Source: Candidatus Yanofskybacteria bacterium (GTDB lineage Bacteria; Patescibacteriota; Minisyncoccia; JACQLN01). Taken from it: a stretch of 58,156 nucleotides of DNA. Of the stretch, positions 13,296-23,808 are shown in pieces. The notes under the pieces were generated by a model. The model ran no database searches. It was given only the letters and a program-made list of their open reading frames with translations, and was not told the DNA's origin. Position 1 is the first letter of the stretch. Each line of letters starts with the position of its first letter. The DNA lies in contig CALRHC010000004.1 of the NCBI GenBank assembly GCA_943359335.1, forward strand, positions 1 through 58,156, read 5' to 3'. Both the position numbers and the translations under genes were made by a program.

Positions 13296-14423
13296 TCAGG
13301 AGTCAAGGACAGCCACACCATCACCCTCGTTTCTATGATAAGCCCTAGCCCTCATTGCCTGGATTATGCCTACTCCTACACACAAACTCACCAAATTAGA
13401 CCCTCCATTAGACACAAAGGACAAAGGAATGCCTGTAATCGGTAAAAAACCCAGATTTGCCCCTATGTTTACAATAAAATGAGTACACAAAACAACAGCC
13501 ATGCCGCTTATAAACAGCTTAGAAAAGTTATCTGAAGCTAAAATTGCCCCCTTATAAAGCCTAAAAAAGATAATAAACCAGCCAATAAGCAAGATGCTTA
13601 TCCCTATTAAACCCAATTCCTCTCCGATAGCTGCAAATATAAAGTCGGTCTCGTATTCTGGTAAAAAGCCAAGCCTTGTTTCAGTTCCTCTGCCTATACC
13701 CTTACCAAACAATCCTCCCGAACCTATAGCTATCATCGCTTGCCTACTTTGATACGATCCACCCAAAGGGTCTCTGTCCGGATAAACAAAACTCGTTATT
13801 CTGTTTTTTTGATAATCTGCTAAACCATAATTCCACATCAAAACCGCCGCAGTTAAAACCAAAAAAACTATAGCTAAAACTTGCCGTGTTTTAATTCCAG
13901 CAAGGAGTATCATTCCAAACCATAAGACCATAAGAACAACTGCGGAACCCAAATCTGGATGCAAAAGAACAAGCGCCGACGGAAAACCGGCATACAAAGA
14001 AGAAATTAATATGTTCTTCCACTTATGAAGCTCTATAAACCGTGAAGAAAAATATTTTGCTAAAACCGCAACCAATATTATTTTTATTAACTCCACCGGC
14101 TCAAAATTAAAAGCTCCAAACCTAAACCAGCTGGTTACACCCCTTACTTTTGCTCCAACCGCAAAAAGAATAAAAAGCAAAACTAAACCAAAAACATAAA
14201 TAGCTATAGAAAAAAAAGAACTTTCTTTTATTATTCTCCAATCAAAAAAACTTAGAGCTAAAATAAGCAAAAAACCAACCGAACCAAAAACTAACTGTCG
14301 CCAAAAAATTTGCCTACTTTCGGCGCTACCATAAAAAATTAAAAGCCCCATTACAAAAACAAGCGCAATGGCACCCATTAAAACCCAGTCCAGACGTTTA
14401 AGATGAGAAAAGAGACGCGACAT
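13296..14423 (-). CDS. rodA: SEDS-family peptidoglycan polymerase (RodA/FtsW), probably RodA
   Basis: HPDLGSA, AIGSGG, FLPEYETDFIFAAIGEELG, PITGIPLSFVSNGGS. Confidence 0.88.
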   Translation of the reverse strand: MSRLFSHLKRLDWVLMGAIALVFVMGLLIFYGSAESRQIFWRQLVFGSVGFLLILALSFFDWRIIKESSFFSIAIYVFGLVLLFILFAVGAKVRGVTSWFRFGAFNFEPVELIKIILVAVLAKYFSSRFIELHKWKNILISSLYAGFPSALVLLHPDLGSAVVLMVLWFGMILLAGIKTRQVLAIVFLVLTAAVLMWNYGLADYQKNRITSFVYPDRDPLGGSYQSRQAMIAIGSGGLFGKGIGRGTETRLGFLPEYETDFIFAAIGEELGLIGISILLIGWFIIFFRLYKGAILASDNFSKLFISGMAVVLCTHFIVNIGANLGFLPITGIPLSFVSNGGSNLVSLCVGVGIIQAMRARAYHRNEGDGVAVLDS

Positions 14424-14481
14424 AAATTCTAAACCTAAACTCTAAATCTCTTCGAGCCTGAGGCTCTCAGAGCCGAACGGC

Positions 14482-15270
14482 CTAAAAAAGTTTAGAGTTT
14501 AGGATTTGAGGTTTAGAGCTTTCAACATCATACGCCGCTTCTCTGTATTTGCAAAAGTCACAATCTTCTCCTGTTTCTGGTATCGTTGAGGAGGCTAAAC
14601 ATTTATGTAAATCTAAAATAACATTTTCTATCCAACTATCGTTACCCTCGTAAGCTAAAACCGAAATATCAAATTCCAGTTTAGAATCAAAAGCTGCAGC
14701 ATCGGTATTGCCATTACAATAAACAAAATATGCAGTGTTAGAAACTTTAAAGTTGTTTTGCCTAAAAAGCCATTGGTAAATTTCTACTTGCCTCTTATAA
14801 CCTATTTGCCAATCTGCATCCAAATTAACATCACCATCTTTAGAGGTGGCTTTGTAATCTACAATAATAAATTCACCTTTTGTGTTTACCCAAACATCGT
14901 CCACCCCACCAGTTATAAATAAATTTGTTTTTGAATGTAAATATGTGATTCCTCCACTTAAAGCATCTCGCCAATCATCCATTAGTTTGTGATCTAGTGG
15001 AACAGCGTCTATATTGTAACTTTTCATTAAAGGATGAGCCGTGCCTTCTTTGCGATGTGCATCGAATTCTTTTTTTAAAAGCTTATCTACTGCACTATTT
15101 AAACTAAACGGGTAACCTGGCGGCTGGCCTACACCTAAACGTCTATCTAAATAAAAACAACGAGGACAATTTAAAAATAAATCTATTTTAGAACGACTTA
15201 AACGAAAAGGTGTTTTAGAATTAGGATCAAAAAGATTCCTAGCTCTTTTAGGGTTATAGTATTTAGACAT
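14482..15270 (-). CDS. PD-(D/E)XK nuclease (RecB/Cas4-like) with Cys motifs
   Basis: LSRSKI..CPRCFY, GGVDD, IVDYKAT, QVEIY, CDFCKY. Confidence 0.85.
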   Translation of the reverse strand: MSKYYNPKRARNLFDPNSKTPFRLSRSKIDLFLNCPRCFYLDRRLGVGQPPGYPFSLNSAVDKLLKKEFDAHRKEGTAHPLMKSYNIDAVPLDHKLMDDWRDALSGGITYLHSKTNLFITGGVDDVWVNTKGEFIIVDYKATSKDGDVNLDADWQIGYKRQVEIYQWLFRQNNFKVSNTAYFVYCNGNTDAAAFDSKLEFDISVLAYEGNDSWIENVILDLHKCLASSTIPETGEDCDFCKYREAAYDVESSKPQILNSKLF

Positions 15271-15326
15271 CACCTTATATTAGCACTTCGGTTAAACTTC
15301 TCAACTAAGTGTGTTTAAATATAGTA

Positions 15327-16325
15327 ATGAGATTTTTACTGTATATTGTAACGATTCTTTTATCTGTAACTTTTTTTGTTTATAAGCAAGAAATATCTGC
15401 ACCCACACAAAACGAACCTCTAGCCACACAACAAGAAGAACAAACTGGAACAACCACTCCAGAAACTTCAACTATCGCAACAACAACTAAACCAATTACA
15501 AAACCAAAACCTCAACCTGTTCTAGACCAAGCCTCTATCGATCTTATTCAACAAAAAATAGACGAAGCTAACCAAGCCATAAAAGAAATCGAGGTTAAAA
15601 ACACCCCTCCACCACCTAGGCTAAGCCAACAAGAACTTTACGATAAAGCATCTTCACGTGTGGTCAATTTCTTTTGCGAATATTCAAACGGCGTAGAAAC
15701 AGCTTCGGGCGTAATAATTAGCCCTAATGGATATATTTTAAGCAATGCTCACGTAGCTGAAGCTTTTGTTAACCAAAACTATGAATGTAAAATCCGCCAA
15801 GGCTCTCCTGCAAAAAACATTGGGTACGCCAAAATAGTTATGTTTCCCAGTGCATACACTAATAGCAATAAAAATAACTGGGAAGGGCATGCTAACGATG
15901 TTTCTATTTGGAAAATTACACGCTCCGCCAGTGGAGAACCCATAACAAGCGCCTTCCCATACTATTCTATAGATACAAATTACTTACCCAAAAAAGACCA
16001 ACCTCTTGCCACATTTAGTTACCCTGGGGAACTTTTGGGCTACGAAGTTTTATTAAAAAATCTAAATATGCTTTTTGGCGAAACAATAGTTAGTGAATTT
16101 AATGCCGACTTTATTGTTTCTGGAATGAGCTTGTCTTCACAATCTGGTTCTTCGGGTGGAATATTGGCCGATGTTTATACAAATAAATTTGCAGGCTTAA
16201 TTTTTGGAGTTACCACAACCATAAATATAAACGAGAGGAAACTTTTTTCCCTATCTCCTTACGCTATAGATAGAGTGGTTAGAAACGAAACAGGTTTAAG
16301 CTTGGCGGAATTCTTAAACCAGTGA
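15327..16325 (+). CDS. Membrane-anchored trypsin-like serine protease
   Basis: N-terminal TM; ASGVIISPNGYILSNAHVA (His), NDVSI (Asp), SGSSGG (Ser). Confidence 0.8.
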   Translation: MRFLLYIVTILLSVTFFVYKQEISAPTQNEPLATQQEEQTGTTTPETSTIATTTKPITKPKPQPVLDQASIDLIQQKIDEANQAIKEIEVKNTPPPPRLSQQELYDKASSRVVNFFCEYSNGVETASGVIISPNGYILSNAHVAEAFVNQNYECKIRQGSPAKNIGYAKIVMFPSAYTNSNKNNWEGHANDVSIWKITRSASGEPITSAFPYYSIDTNYLPKKDQPLATFSYPGELLGYEVLLKNLNMLFGETIVSEFNADFIVSGMSLSSQSGSSGGILADVYTNKFAGLIFGVTTTININERKLFSLSPYAIDRVVRNETGLSLAEFLNQ

Positions 16326-16363
16326 TACAATTAAATTACTTATAATTAGACTCATAAATAACT

Positions 16364-19300
16364 ATGCCGAGCCATAAAGAAAGTGGTGGAATATCCATTG
16401 GCGAAATACTGGAGCAGGATTCGGAAATTACAAAAAAACTACAGGAAATAGAAGAATCCCCAGAAGCTAGACAAAATGCTTTGGAAGTAGCTAGAAAACA
16501 AGCTATAGAAAAAATAAATGCTTCTAAAATAGAAGAAGCAAGAGTTGCTGTTAACGAAATTATACTCTCAGACGATGAAGATGATAACAAACTAAAAAAT
16601 AGTTCTATTTTTAAAGAACTAGTTTCGAAAATAGGCGAATTGAGTCTTACAAGAAAAGCTATTTCTGAAGCTACAGATATAGATTTAGTTAACGCTCTTT
16701 CTGAAAAAGAAATAAGCTCAATAGATTCCTTAAACACTCTCTACGAAAAATTGGGTGAAGAGTATTCACAAAAATATGAGGAGGAGCAAAAAACAACCGA
16801 AACCGAACCCCCTGCTCAAACCCAAGAACCTATTAAAGACAGAAAACCTATTTTTGTTAAAGGCACAAGAAACGAAGAGTTGGCTCAAAAAATAGAATCA
16901 GAATCCAACGAAGCGTTAAAAGAAAAACAACAAGAACAAATCTCTTTGGCAGCAGAAAGATTAGCCGATCAAAAATCTAAACTACAAGATATACTGGCTA
17001 AACCAGATTTATCTCCAGATAAAAAAGGATTGATTGGAAGGGCCATAAAAGAATCCGAGCAACTATTTGAAAAAGCAAGCGAACTAAAAGAAAAAGGTGG
17101 GGTTGTAAATCAAAATGAAGTCGAAAGACTTTGGGCTAGAATCGAAAAAAACTTCGATATAATTTCGGCTGGAATAAACGAAATAACCATACCCCCAGAA
17201 GATTTGCCGGTGGTTCCAACCGAGTTAGAACCAGCAAAAAAAATGGATAATGATCTTGGAGAAAAAGAGCCTAAGATTATTTCTCCAGAAAAAGGTGAAA
17301 TTATAGAGGAAAGTATGAGAGTCTATTTGAATACACTTGCAACAGGTGGAAGTGAGAAAGAAGCGAAAAATGAATCTCAAAACAGGTTCCTTGAATTAAA
17401 TCCAGAAGGAACTCCGGAACGCTCTCAAGTATTCCGAGAACTAACAGGTAAATGGGAGGAAGACCATAAAGAAAGATTAGAAAAAATGTATCAAGAAGCC
17501 CTAGATACATTTGATAAAGTACTAGAAGAAACAAACTCTATTGGATCAGCCGATAATACCTCATACGAAAAACTACAAGAACTTCAAGCAAAGTTTAAAG
17601 ACCCTGATGAAAGGGATTCTATGGATTTACGCGCCATCACCCATCGAGTCGCTAAAGAAATTAAAGCAAGAAAAGAAAACTATAAGGCTACCGGAGAGAA
17701 AAAACCTCAAACTTCTTCAGCTGAATTAAACCCAGACGAAATAGATGCGCTTTCAGGTTTAGGTGAAGACGAAAAAAGTAAACACATAATAGAAGAAGAC
17801 GAAATGGCTATTTTTGGTTTAGACAAAGATGGTTTAGTCAAAGACAAAAAACCCGATTCCCCTGCTTCGGCTGAAAAAGGAAAAAGTGAACTTGACTCCT
17901 TCAAAGTTGAAACAATAGAAGACACTGAAGCAGAAAAAATCTTGAGCAAAGCAGAAATACACGGAGACGAATTTAGAGGAAAAACCTTAACTCCCGAAAT
18001 CTTAAAAAATGAAGGACTACTTCCTAGACACAAAATCACTATAGGAGATTCTGTAGTATGGTTTTCATCATCCGGTTACGAATTAGGTGGTGGCCGGATT
18101 GCAGTTGTTGCTTATGTAGAAAAAGATGAAAAAATAACAGCACGTTCATACTATCGTAGCAACTCACAAGGCGTCTGGCGTTACTTACCGGATTATGAAA
18201 TGGGTGAAGGTGGAATGATAGAATGGTACGGCAAAGGACACAGTGAAGAAAGTATCACTTTACCAATCGTAACGCAAAGAGCACTTTCCGAAATTACACA
18301 TGAGGGTATGCCTATTTTGCAATTAAAAGAAAATCCAGACTTTATTTTTGCAGGAACAGCCCAGAAAGTCGATAAAAAAGATGGCGCATACTATCGGGAA
18401 ATTGAAGCTACGCCAAAAAAAATGTCTGGAGACTTTTATACCGACAAAGGCAAAACTTCACCAGAACAAATTGAACTTGAAGAAGAACAATCGCCTGATT
18501 TTTCAAAACTGCTAGCAAGCTGGGAACAAAAAACAAACATCTATGGTCAATTCTCTGTCGAAGTATTTCCATCAAAAAATGGCAAACTTAAATTTATGTT
18601 CTGCAAAGATTCCGCCGACCGAGCCTGGATTGGCGGTATTGAAGACGACAGCGAAGTGCAGTCAACAGGTCTTAAACAAACATGGGTGGAAGGAGGAGAT
18701 TTAACTACGCCAGCTTATGAATACAGAACACAAACAGGAGGATATGGAAACGATAGTATGAGTGCTGGTTCTTATGTAGATATGTATGAGAACTATCTAA
18801 AAAAGATTCCTGTTATTCAAGAATATGTTAATACTGACAAAGAAAGAAGAACTGACTCCCTCGCTTCTCTCGAAAAAGAAAAGACTTCAGAAGACGCTAT
18901 TGCCAGAGCAAAAGCAGTACTTAAAGAAACTAAAGATTCTTTACCTAATGAACTATCCCCTAAAGATAAGGAAGACATAGAAAGAATATCGGGCAAAGTA
19001 CGTTCGGCACTTGGAGAAACTGAACCCGCCTCAACTCCAGAAACAGAAAACATTCCAGCCGAAACCTTAGAAGCACTTGGAAATGCTCAGACAATCGAAG
19101 ATGTAGAAAAATTAGATGAAGCCATCAAAGAAAAACTTGGTTTAAAATTTAATAATCTAGGTTTTTTTGTAGAAGAAAATAAGAATAAATTTTTTGCCAA
19201 TGTTTTAGGAAAGATAGCTAGTGGATCCAAACCCGAAGGAACTTTTGGCAGGTTTGTTGGTTCTATGGCCGAAAACTACAGACGCGACCAAGAAAAAGCA

Positions 19301-21163
19301 AAAGAAAAATTTGAAGCTGTAAAACAGGGCAATAAAAGTCATCTTTCCAACTTGGGTTATTTGGCAGGAAATATTTTGCGCTATGGCAGAACAATTTTAG
19401 ATTTTACAAGTTATACAGTCGCCTCGCCTTTTCGTTATGTAACCATGAGTGCAATGCTTGCTTCTCGTAGTGGTGAAGCAGCAAAAGAAGCTAGATTAAA
19501 AAACGAAAAAGTTATAGAAAAAAACAGAGTAAATTCTTTAGATATAGCAGAAACCGAAGCTTGGAAAATATATGAAGAAGCTCAAAAAAAATCGGTAAAA
19601 GATGAAGATCCCACCAAAGAAGAGTTAAGCAAAGCTTTTTTGGAACAATTACCTAAAGACATATTGAATCGTTTTGCCACAATGGATCCTAAAGAAAAAC
19701 CAACTTGGGCAAGGTTTTTAGTTGAAGGAATTACTAAAAGAAACATAGAATCCGATTTAGAAAAAATACAAGAAAAACTTGATAACGCCGCAACTGAAAC
19801 CGAAAAAGAACAAATAATAAAAAAATACGAAGATAAATTAAAAGATTATAACAGAATTATTAGCCAATATGGGGAAATAGATGCACTGGCTGCATCAGCT
19901 GGGTTTGCACATGAATTAGGTAAACAAGCTGCTATTGCTTTATCCATAGAAACTCTTGTAACTGTACCTTTAGAAAAAATATTCGATATAAAAATATGGG
20001 ATAGCATAGCAGAAATATTAGGTAAAAAATCGGAAATTGTTGAAAAATTAACTCCAGAACAAATAGAAAAAACAAACGAATTTTTTGACAATCTTGCAGG
20101 TGTTAATTCTCAAGATGGAATAGATAACGGAGAAGCTCTTAAGATAGCTAAATTATCCGAAACCTTAAAATCTTCCGGCCACGAAGCCGGAGCTGATTCT
20201 TTAAATTCTCATTTTAGTCAATTTTTAGAATCTTCTCCTGAAGCAAGCGCAGAAACTCCTGCTTTAGAAAACCCAGCAGAAGCACCGGCTACTGCCCCTA
20301 CTTCCGCTACTACAGAAACCATAAAACCTTTTCGTTTTGAAAACCCAATTGCAGGCGATCAAGATTCTATTTGGTTCTCTACCGAACAAAGTTTTAGAAT
20401 GAACCCAGATCGTTTTGGCTACGACGCCACCAAGGATGGCTCAATTAGCGAATGGGCTAAAAATAAAACTGCCGAAACATTAAAAGAATTAGCGGATAAA
20501 AAATTTAACGGCAAACTCCCCGACCTTGTTCACGATGGCGACAAAGTTGTTATAGAAATTGGTGCCGATGGTAAACCTCATGTAAATTTTGAAAATGCTT
20601 CGGGGATACCTGCTGGAAATTTACCAGAAAAACCAAGCGGTCTAGAAATTGGAAAATCTGGAAATATGTCTCCTGAGCAAGCATGGAAAAACGCCCCCGA
20701 AGATTCTCGCGATGCAATTGTTCGTCAATTTATAGTTAAAGAAATGGCGACTCCGGAATATCAAGCTGGAGATTTTCCAAAGCCAAACCCAGAAAGAATA
20801 GAAGTCTATGCAAAAATGTTTAGTGGCGAATGGAATAAAATAGATACTCCAGAAAAACTGGCTCAATCTTTGTTTGAATTTAATAACAGAGTTAAAGAAT
20901 ATACGGCTTTAATTTTGGAAGGTAAATTCGATAAAAATGTTGACCCTGTTTCTTTCCAGCAATTAAAAGAAAATATATTCCCTGTAGAAGGTAAAAGTGG
21001 AAAACTATATTTTACTCAATTTGTAGACGAAGGCAAATGGAAACTTTTTGAAGAAGATGCTCAAGGAACCACGCATCAATTAGATAGAAAGAAAGGATTC
21101 TTAGGTGGCAAAACTCAGGTGTTCGACACAATGCATGTTAGAAAATTTTTGAGAAGTAACTAA
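16364..21163 (+). CDS. Large (1599 aa) acidic, coiled-coil-rich hypothetical protein with an inserted globular domain and a LysM-like segment
   Basis: Long ORF; aromatic-rich central block about aa 510-830; GDQDSIW...PDLVHDGDKVVI near the C-terminus. Confidence 0.75.
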   Translation: MPSHKESGGISIGEILEQDSEITKKLQEIEESPEARQNALEVARKQAIEKINASKIEEARVAVNEIILSDDEDDNKLKNSSIFKELVSKIGELSLTRKAISEATDIDLVNALSEKEISSIDSLNTLYEKLGEEYSQKYEEEQKTTETEPPAQTQEPIKDRKPIFVKGTRNEELAQKIESESNEALKEKQQEQISLAAERLADQKSKLQDILAKPDLSPDKKGLIGRAIKESEQLFEKASELKEKGGVVNQNEVERLWARIEKNFDIISAGINEITIPPEDLPVVPTELEPAKKMDNDLGEKEPKIISPEKGEIIEESMRVYLNTLATGGSEKEAKNESQNRFLELNPEGTPERSQVFRELTGKWEEDHKERLEKMYQEALDTFDKVLEETNSIGSADNTSYEKLQELQAKFKDPDERDSMDLRAITHRVAKEIKARKENYKATGEKKPQTSSAELNPDEIDALSGLGEDEKSKHIIEEDEMAIFGLDKDGLVKDKKPDSPASAEKGKSELDSFKVETIEDTEAEKILSKAEIHGDEFRGKTLTPEILKNEGLLPRHKITIGDSVVWFSSSGYELGGGRIAVVAYVEKDEKITARSYYRSNSQGVWRYLPDYEMGEGGMIEWYGKGHSEESITLPIVTQRALSEITHEGMPILQLKENPDFIFAGTAQKVDKKDGAYYREIEATPKKMSGDFYTDKGKTSPEQIELEEEQSPDFSKLLASWEQKTNIYGQFSVEVFPSKNGKLKFMFCKDSADRAWIGGIEDDSEVQSTGLKQTWVEGGDLTTPAYEYRTQTGGYGNDSMSAGSYVDMYENYLKKIPVIQEYVNTDKERRTDSLASLEKEKTSEDAIARAKAVLKETKDSLPNELSPKDKEDIERISGKVRSALGETEPASTPETENIPAETLEALGNAQTIEDVEKLDEAIKEKLGLKFNNLGFFVEENKNKFFANVLGKIASGSKPEGTFGRFVGSMAENYRRDQEKAKEKFEAVKQGNKSHLSNLGYLAGNILRYGRTILDFTSYTVASPFRYVTMSAMLASRSGEAAKEARLKNEKVIEKNRVNSLDIAETEAWKIYEEAQKKSVKDEDPTKEELSKAFLEQLPKDILNRFATMDPKEKPTWARFLVEGITKRNIESDLEKIQEKLDNAATETEKEQIIKKYEDKLKDYNRIISQYGEIDALAASAGFAHELGKQAAIALSIETLVTVPLEKIFDIKIWDSIAEILGKKSEIVEKLTPEQIEKTNEFFDNLAGVNSQDGIDNGEALKIAKLSETLKSSGHEAGADSLNSHFSQFLESSPEASAETPALENPAEAPATAPTSATTETIKPFRFENPIAGDQDSIWFSTEQSFRMNPDRFGYDATKDGSISEWAKNKTAETLKELADKKFNGKLPDLVHDGDKVVIEIGADGKPHVNFENASGIPAGNLPEKPSGLEIGKSGNMSPEQAWKNAPEDSRDAIVRQFIVKEMATPEYQAGDFPKPNPERIEVYAKMFSGEWNKIDTPEKLAQSLFEFNNRVKEYTALILEGKFDKNVDPVSFQQLKENIFPVEGKSGKLYFTQFVDEGKWKLFEEDAQGTTHQLDRKKGFLGGKTQVFDTMHVRKFLRSN

Positions 21164-21185
21164 ATTTTATTTAATAAATTGTATA

Positions 21186-21222
21186 AAATATCCCCCACGC
21201 GCGTTAGCACGTGGGGGATGTC
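21186..21222. terminator. Bidirectional terminator
   Basis: atcccccacg-cgcgttagca-cgtgggggat hairpin between convergent genes. Confidence 0.75.
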
Positions 21223-21231
21223 GTTTTCATT

Positions 21232-21840
21232 TCACCTTGAACCTCCTCCTTGGGAGACAAACTCCCAATCGTCGCCGTTGGATTGCGACGAGGTTTTGTT
21301 GGAGGCGATCTTGCGATCGCCATGAGCATCTCTTGAACGCAGGGCGGCGTGGTCGCCGAATGTCCTCTTGAGGAGCTCCAGCTCCTCGCGGGTCATCCTG
21401 GAAAGATCAAGACTTTGCCGCGCCTCGCTCTCCAATTTTTTGACCTTACTAGCCACCTTCTGGAGACTGCCGATGTCGCTCTTCACAACACCAAGAGCGC
21501 TGTCCACCTTGGCGGCAACCGCCATGGTGTTTTCGATACCGTCCATCCGCGTCCAGTGATTATCGAGCCTGTTCTCGTGGACAGCGACGGTATCGGCAAC
21601 AGCCTTGAGGCTGTCGCCTTGTGCACTGGCATGTGCCAACAGCCAGTCGACGTCCTGCTTCAAATCTTCGGGCTGGGTGATGAAAAGAATCACCACACCG
21701 ACGACCGAGATCATGGAAAGGACCAGTGACCAGTTAACTCGAGAGAAGAAGGACGACCCCTCTTCGGTGGTCTGAGTCTCCTCATCTTCGTCTTCGCCTT
21801 CACGCTCGAGATCGATATCCTCTTCGCGGGTAGTAGCCAT
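21232..21840 (-). CDS. Hypothetical single-TM coiled-coil protein (GC-rich)
   Basis: Start reassigned to MATTREE (SD AGGAGG at 21847-21852); acidic N-terminus, TM WSLVLSMISVVGVVILFI, heptad region. Confidence 0.75.
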   Translation of the reverse strand: MATTREEDIDLEREGEDEDEETQTTEEGSSFFSRVNWSLVLSMISVVGVVILFITQPEDLKQDVDWLLAHASAQGDSLKAVADTVAVHENRLDNHWTRMDGIENTMAVAAKVDSALGVVKSDIGSLQKVASKVKKLESEARQSLDLSRMTREELELLKRTFGDHAALRSRDAHGDRKIASNKTSSQSNGDDWEFVSQGGGSR

Positions 21841-22071
21841 GACAAACCTCCTAAGGATTAAGGGAAATTCAGTTATTTTGGAACTGTCTGTATAGTAGCA
21901 TACATACATGCCTATTGTCAATACCAAGGCTCTGCACCGCAAACACGCTCAATTTTAGAGGTAATCCCTCGTCGCAAAACTCACTCGGGATATTTTTGCT
22001 TTCTATTTATAAATTTAAAAAAGCAAAAATAAATCCCCGCTCTGGTATTGGCCAAAACGGGGTTTGTGAAA

Positions 22072-22548
22072 TTAGGGCTCTACCTTGTTTCTTTTACTCC
22101 AAACATATTCGATAAAGGACATGGGCTTCACAGGTTCTTTTGTGTTGTCAGTATCCAAAGAATCCGAAACTGTAACAGTGATCGAAGTATCCGCACGAGA
22201 AACTTCTGTATTTTCTTTTTTTGCAGAAACAACACCTACAGAAACACTAGCTTTAGGTTTTTCTTTTTTATTGGAAAAAATTATTTTACGAAGTGATTCG
22301 TTCTCCTTTGTAAGAGAAATATTCTCATCAATCGTCAAACGCCCTGCGTCTTGCCATACTTTTAACGCCTTATTTGTGCGTTCAAGTTCATTGCTTAAAA
22401 AATCAACTTTATCCTGCAAAGAATCCCGAGACGCCGCAGCTTCTAATGCCAGCTTTTCAGCTTCGTCAAAATCTTTCTTTAACCCACTATCGCTACATGA
22501 AAAAAATAAAAGCGAAAGAAAAAGTAATTGAGACACTCTTAATAGCAT
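22072..22548 (-). CDS. Hypothetical lipoprotein-like coiled-coil protein
   Basis: Signal peptide ending LLFFSC; SD AAGGAG at 22558-22563; downstream hairpin. Confidence 0.7.
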   Translation of the reverse strand: MLLRVSQLLFLSLLFFSCSDSGLKKDFDEAEKLALEAAASRDSLQDKVDFLSNELERTNKALKVWQDAGRLTIDENISLTKENESLRKIIFSNKKEKPKASVSVGVVSAKKENTEVSRADTSITVTVSDSLDTDNTKEPVKPMSFIEYVWSKRNKVEP

Positions 22549-22653
22549 GGAGTTTTTCTCCTTGTTTGAGTTAGAATGAACTGTCTATCTTTTAACATAA
22601 AAATAACTCTGCGTCAAATATAAAACAGGCACGCGTTTGCGTGCCTGTTGCGG

Positions 22654-23043
22654 TTATTGTTTCCTTATCAACTTACGGAGTCTTTCGACTCTTTCAGACT
22701 CTGGAGATTTAATAGGAGCTGTTTCCTTTATAGGACTCGGACTTACAGATTCGATCCTTGCTGTTTCGTTTTTGCTATCCCCAGCCGTAAAACGGCCAAA
22801 GTAAAACGATACTGTGCCAATAGCAACAACAGTTACCAGCAAGATGACACAACCAAGAAAAAGAGTTCTCCTTTTTATTATCCTACCCTCAATAATAAGT
22901 TGGGTAGGATCAGTTTCTTCAACCTCTCTAAGGAGTCGATCCGTTTCCTGTCGTGCTGGATCTAATCCGAGCAAGTCCATCGACCGCCCAGTCTGAGACC
23001 CGCTTTTTGAGTTTCTTTCCATTTGGAGATGAGGAGACTTCAT
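22654..23043 (-). CDS. Hypothetical single-TM protein
   Basis: TM LFLGCVILLVTVVAIGTVSFYF; ATG directly follows the upstream stop (TGAATG). Confidence 0.7.
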   Translation of the reverse strand: MKSPHLQMERNSKSGSQTGRSMDLLGLDPARQETDRLLREVEETDPTQLIIEGRIIKRRTLFLGCVILLVTVVAIGTVSFYFGRFTAGDSKNETARIESVSPSPIKETAPIKSPESERVERLRKLIRKQ

Positions 23044-23589
23044 TCATCTCCCCACCTCCGCCTCGGGTAAAGGGCGGCCGGATTTAGTCTCCGCACCCCC
23101 TTCTCCTTCCCCAGGCAAATCATCATCGCCAGGCTGAAGCTCAACCTCTTCCCCTTGCGCTTGCTGGACTGGACGCTCTTCTTGGTGCACCTGCAACTGC
23201 TTTGCGCCATCAACGCCCATGAGCTTCTCGTATTTTCCGGTGATACGCGCCTGAATACGCGCAGCCATGGAAACTTTGTTGAGCTTGGTCTGAGCAACCA
23301 AAATCTTGTTGATGGCAACCCTCTGGCTGACGATCTCCTCGCCAAAAGCAGCGAGAATCTCGATCAGCTCTTCTCTGTTGAGATTTATTGCTTCGAGGGC
23401 GCTCGCAAGTTCTTCCTGCGTAATACCCTCCATCGTCCCAAGCCTAGCCAACAGCTGACCAACAGCTTCGACTTGCTCGGGAACTTTGGAATGTGCGTGT
23501 TCCATCGGCGCCTTAGGAGGGGCCGGATGAGGTGGTGTCCCAGCCCCTGTCAATTTCGACGAGGTGGCACCGTTTCTTTCTGGGGGCAT
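23044..23589 (-). CDS. Hypothetical helical protein (GC-rich)
   Basis: SD AGGAG at 23597-23601; promoter TTGACC-17-TAATAT at 23643-23671. Confidence 0.7.
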   Translation of the reverse strand: MPPERNGATSSKLTGAGTPPHPAPPKAPMEHAHSKVPEQVEAVGQLLARLGTMEGITQEELASALEAINLNREELIEILAAFGEEIVSQRVAINKILVAQTKLNKVSMAARIQARITGKYEKLMGVDGAKQLQVHQEERPVQQAQGEEVELQPGDDDLPGEGEGGAETKSGRPLPEAEVGR

Positions 23590-23671
23590 TTTTCTTCTCC
23601 TGTATAAGGGTTAACAATTTAGTTAAGGTACACGCGCCTGCAATATTAAAACATAAACAAAAAAAGGTCAA

Positions 23672-23739
23672 TCCCGTTAGAAACAGCCCGCCCTAAGGCC
23701 CTTTGGGCGCGCAAAGCGCGGGCGTGGTTTCTAACGGGA
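23672..23739. mobile_element. 68-bp MITE-like element, copy 1
   Basis: 13-bp TIR TCCCGTTAGAAAC/GTTTCTAACGGGA with TCAA on both sides; near-identical copy at 28163. Confidence 0.75.
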
Positions 23740-23751
23740 TCAAATCCAAAC

Positions 23752-23788
23752 TAAAAAATGTTCAACACTCAATGTTGAACATTTTTTA
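23752..23788 (-). terminator. Terminator of the 23S-5S unit
   Basis: taaaaaatgttcaaca-ctcaa-tgttgaacatttttta. Confidence 0.75.
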
Positions 23789-23808
23789 TATCGCTCCGTT
23801 TCAAAAAT

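Noticed and set aside
14482-15270. Cas4-like nuclease as part of a CRISPR system
   Set aside because: There is no repeat-spacer array or other cas gene in the window; stand-alone PD-(D/E)XK genes are common.
21349-23607. Antisense and alternative-frame ORFs in the GC-rich island (21349, 22085, 23040, 23155 and others)
   Set aside because: Expected shadows of GC-rich coding DNA; SDs, promoters and terminators support the chosen minus-strand ORFs.
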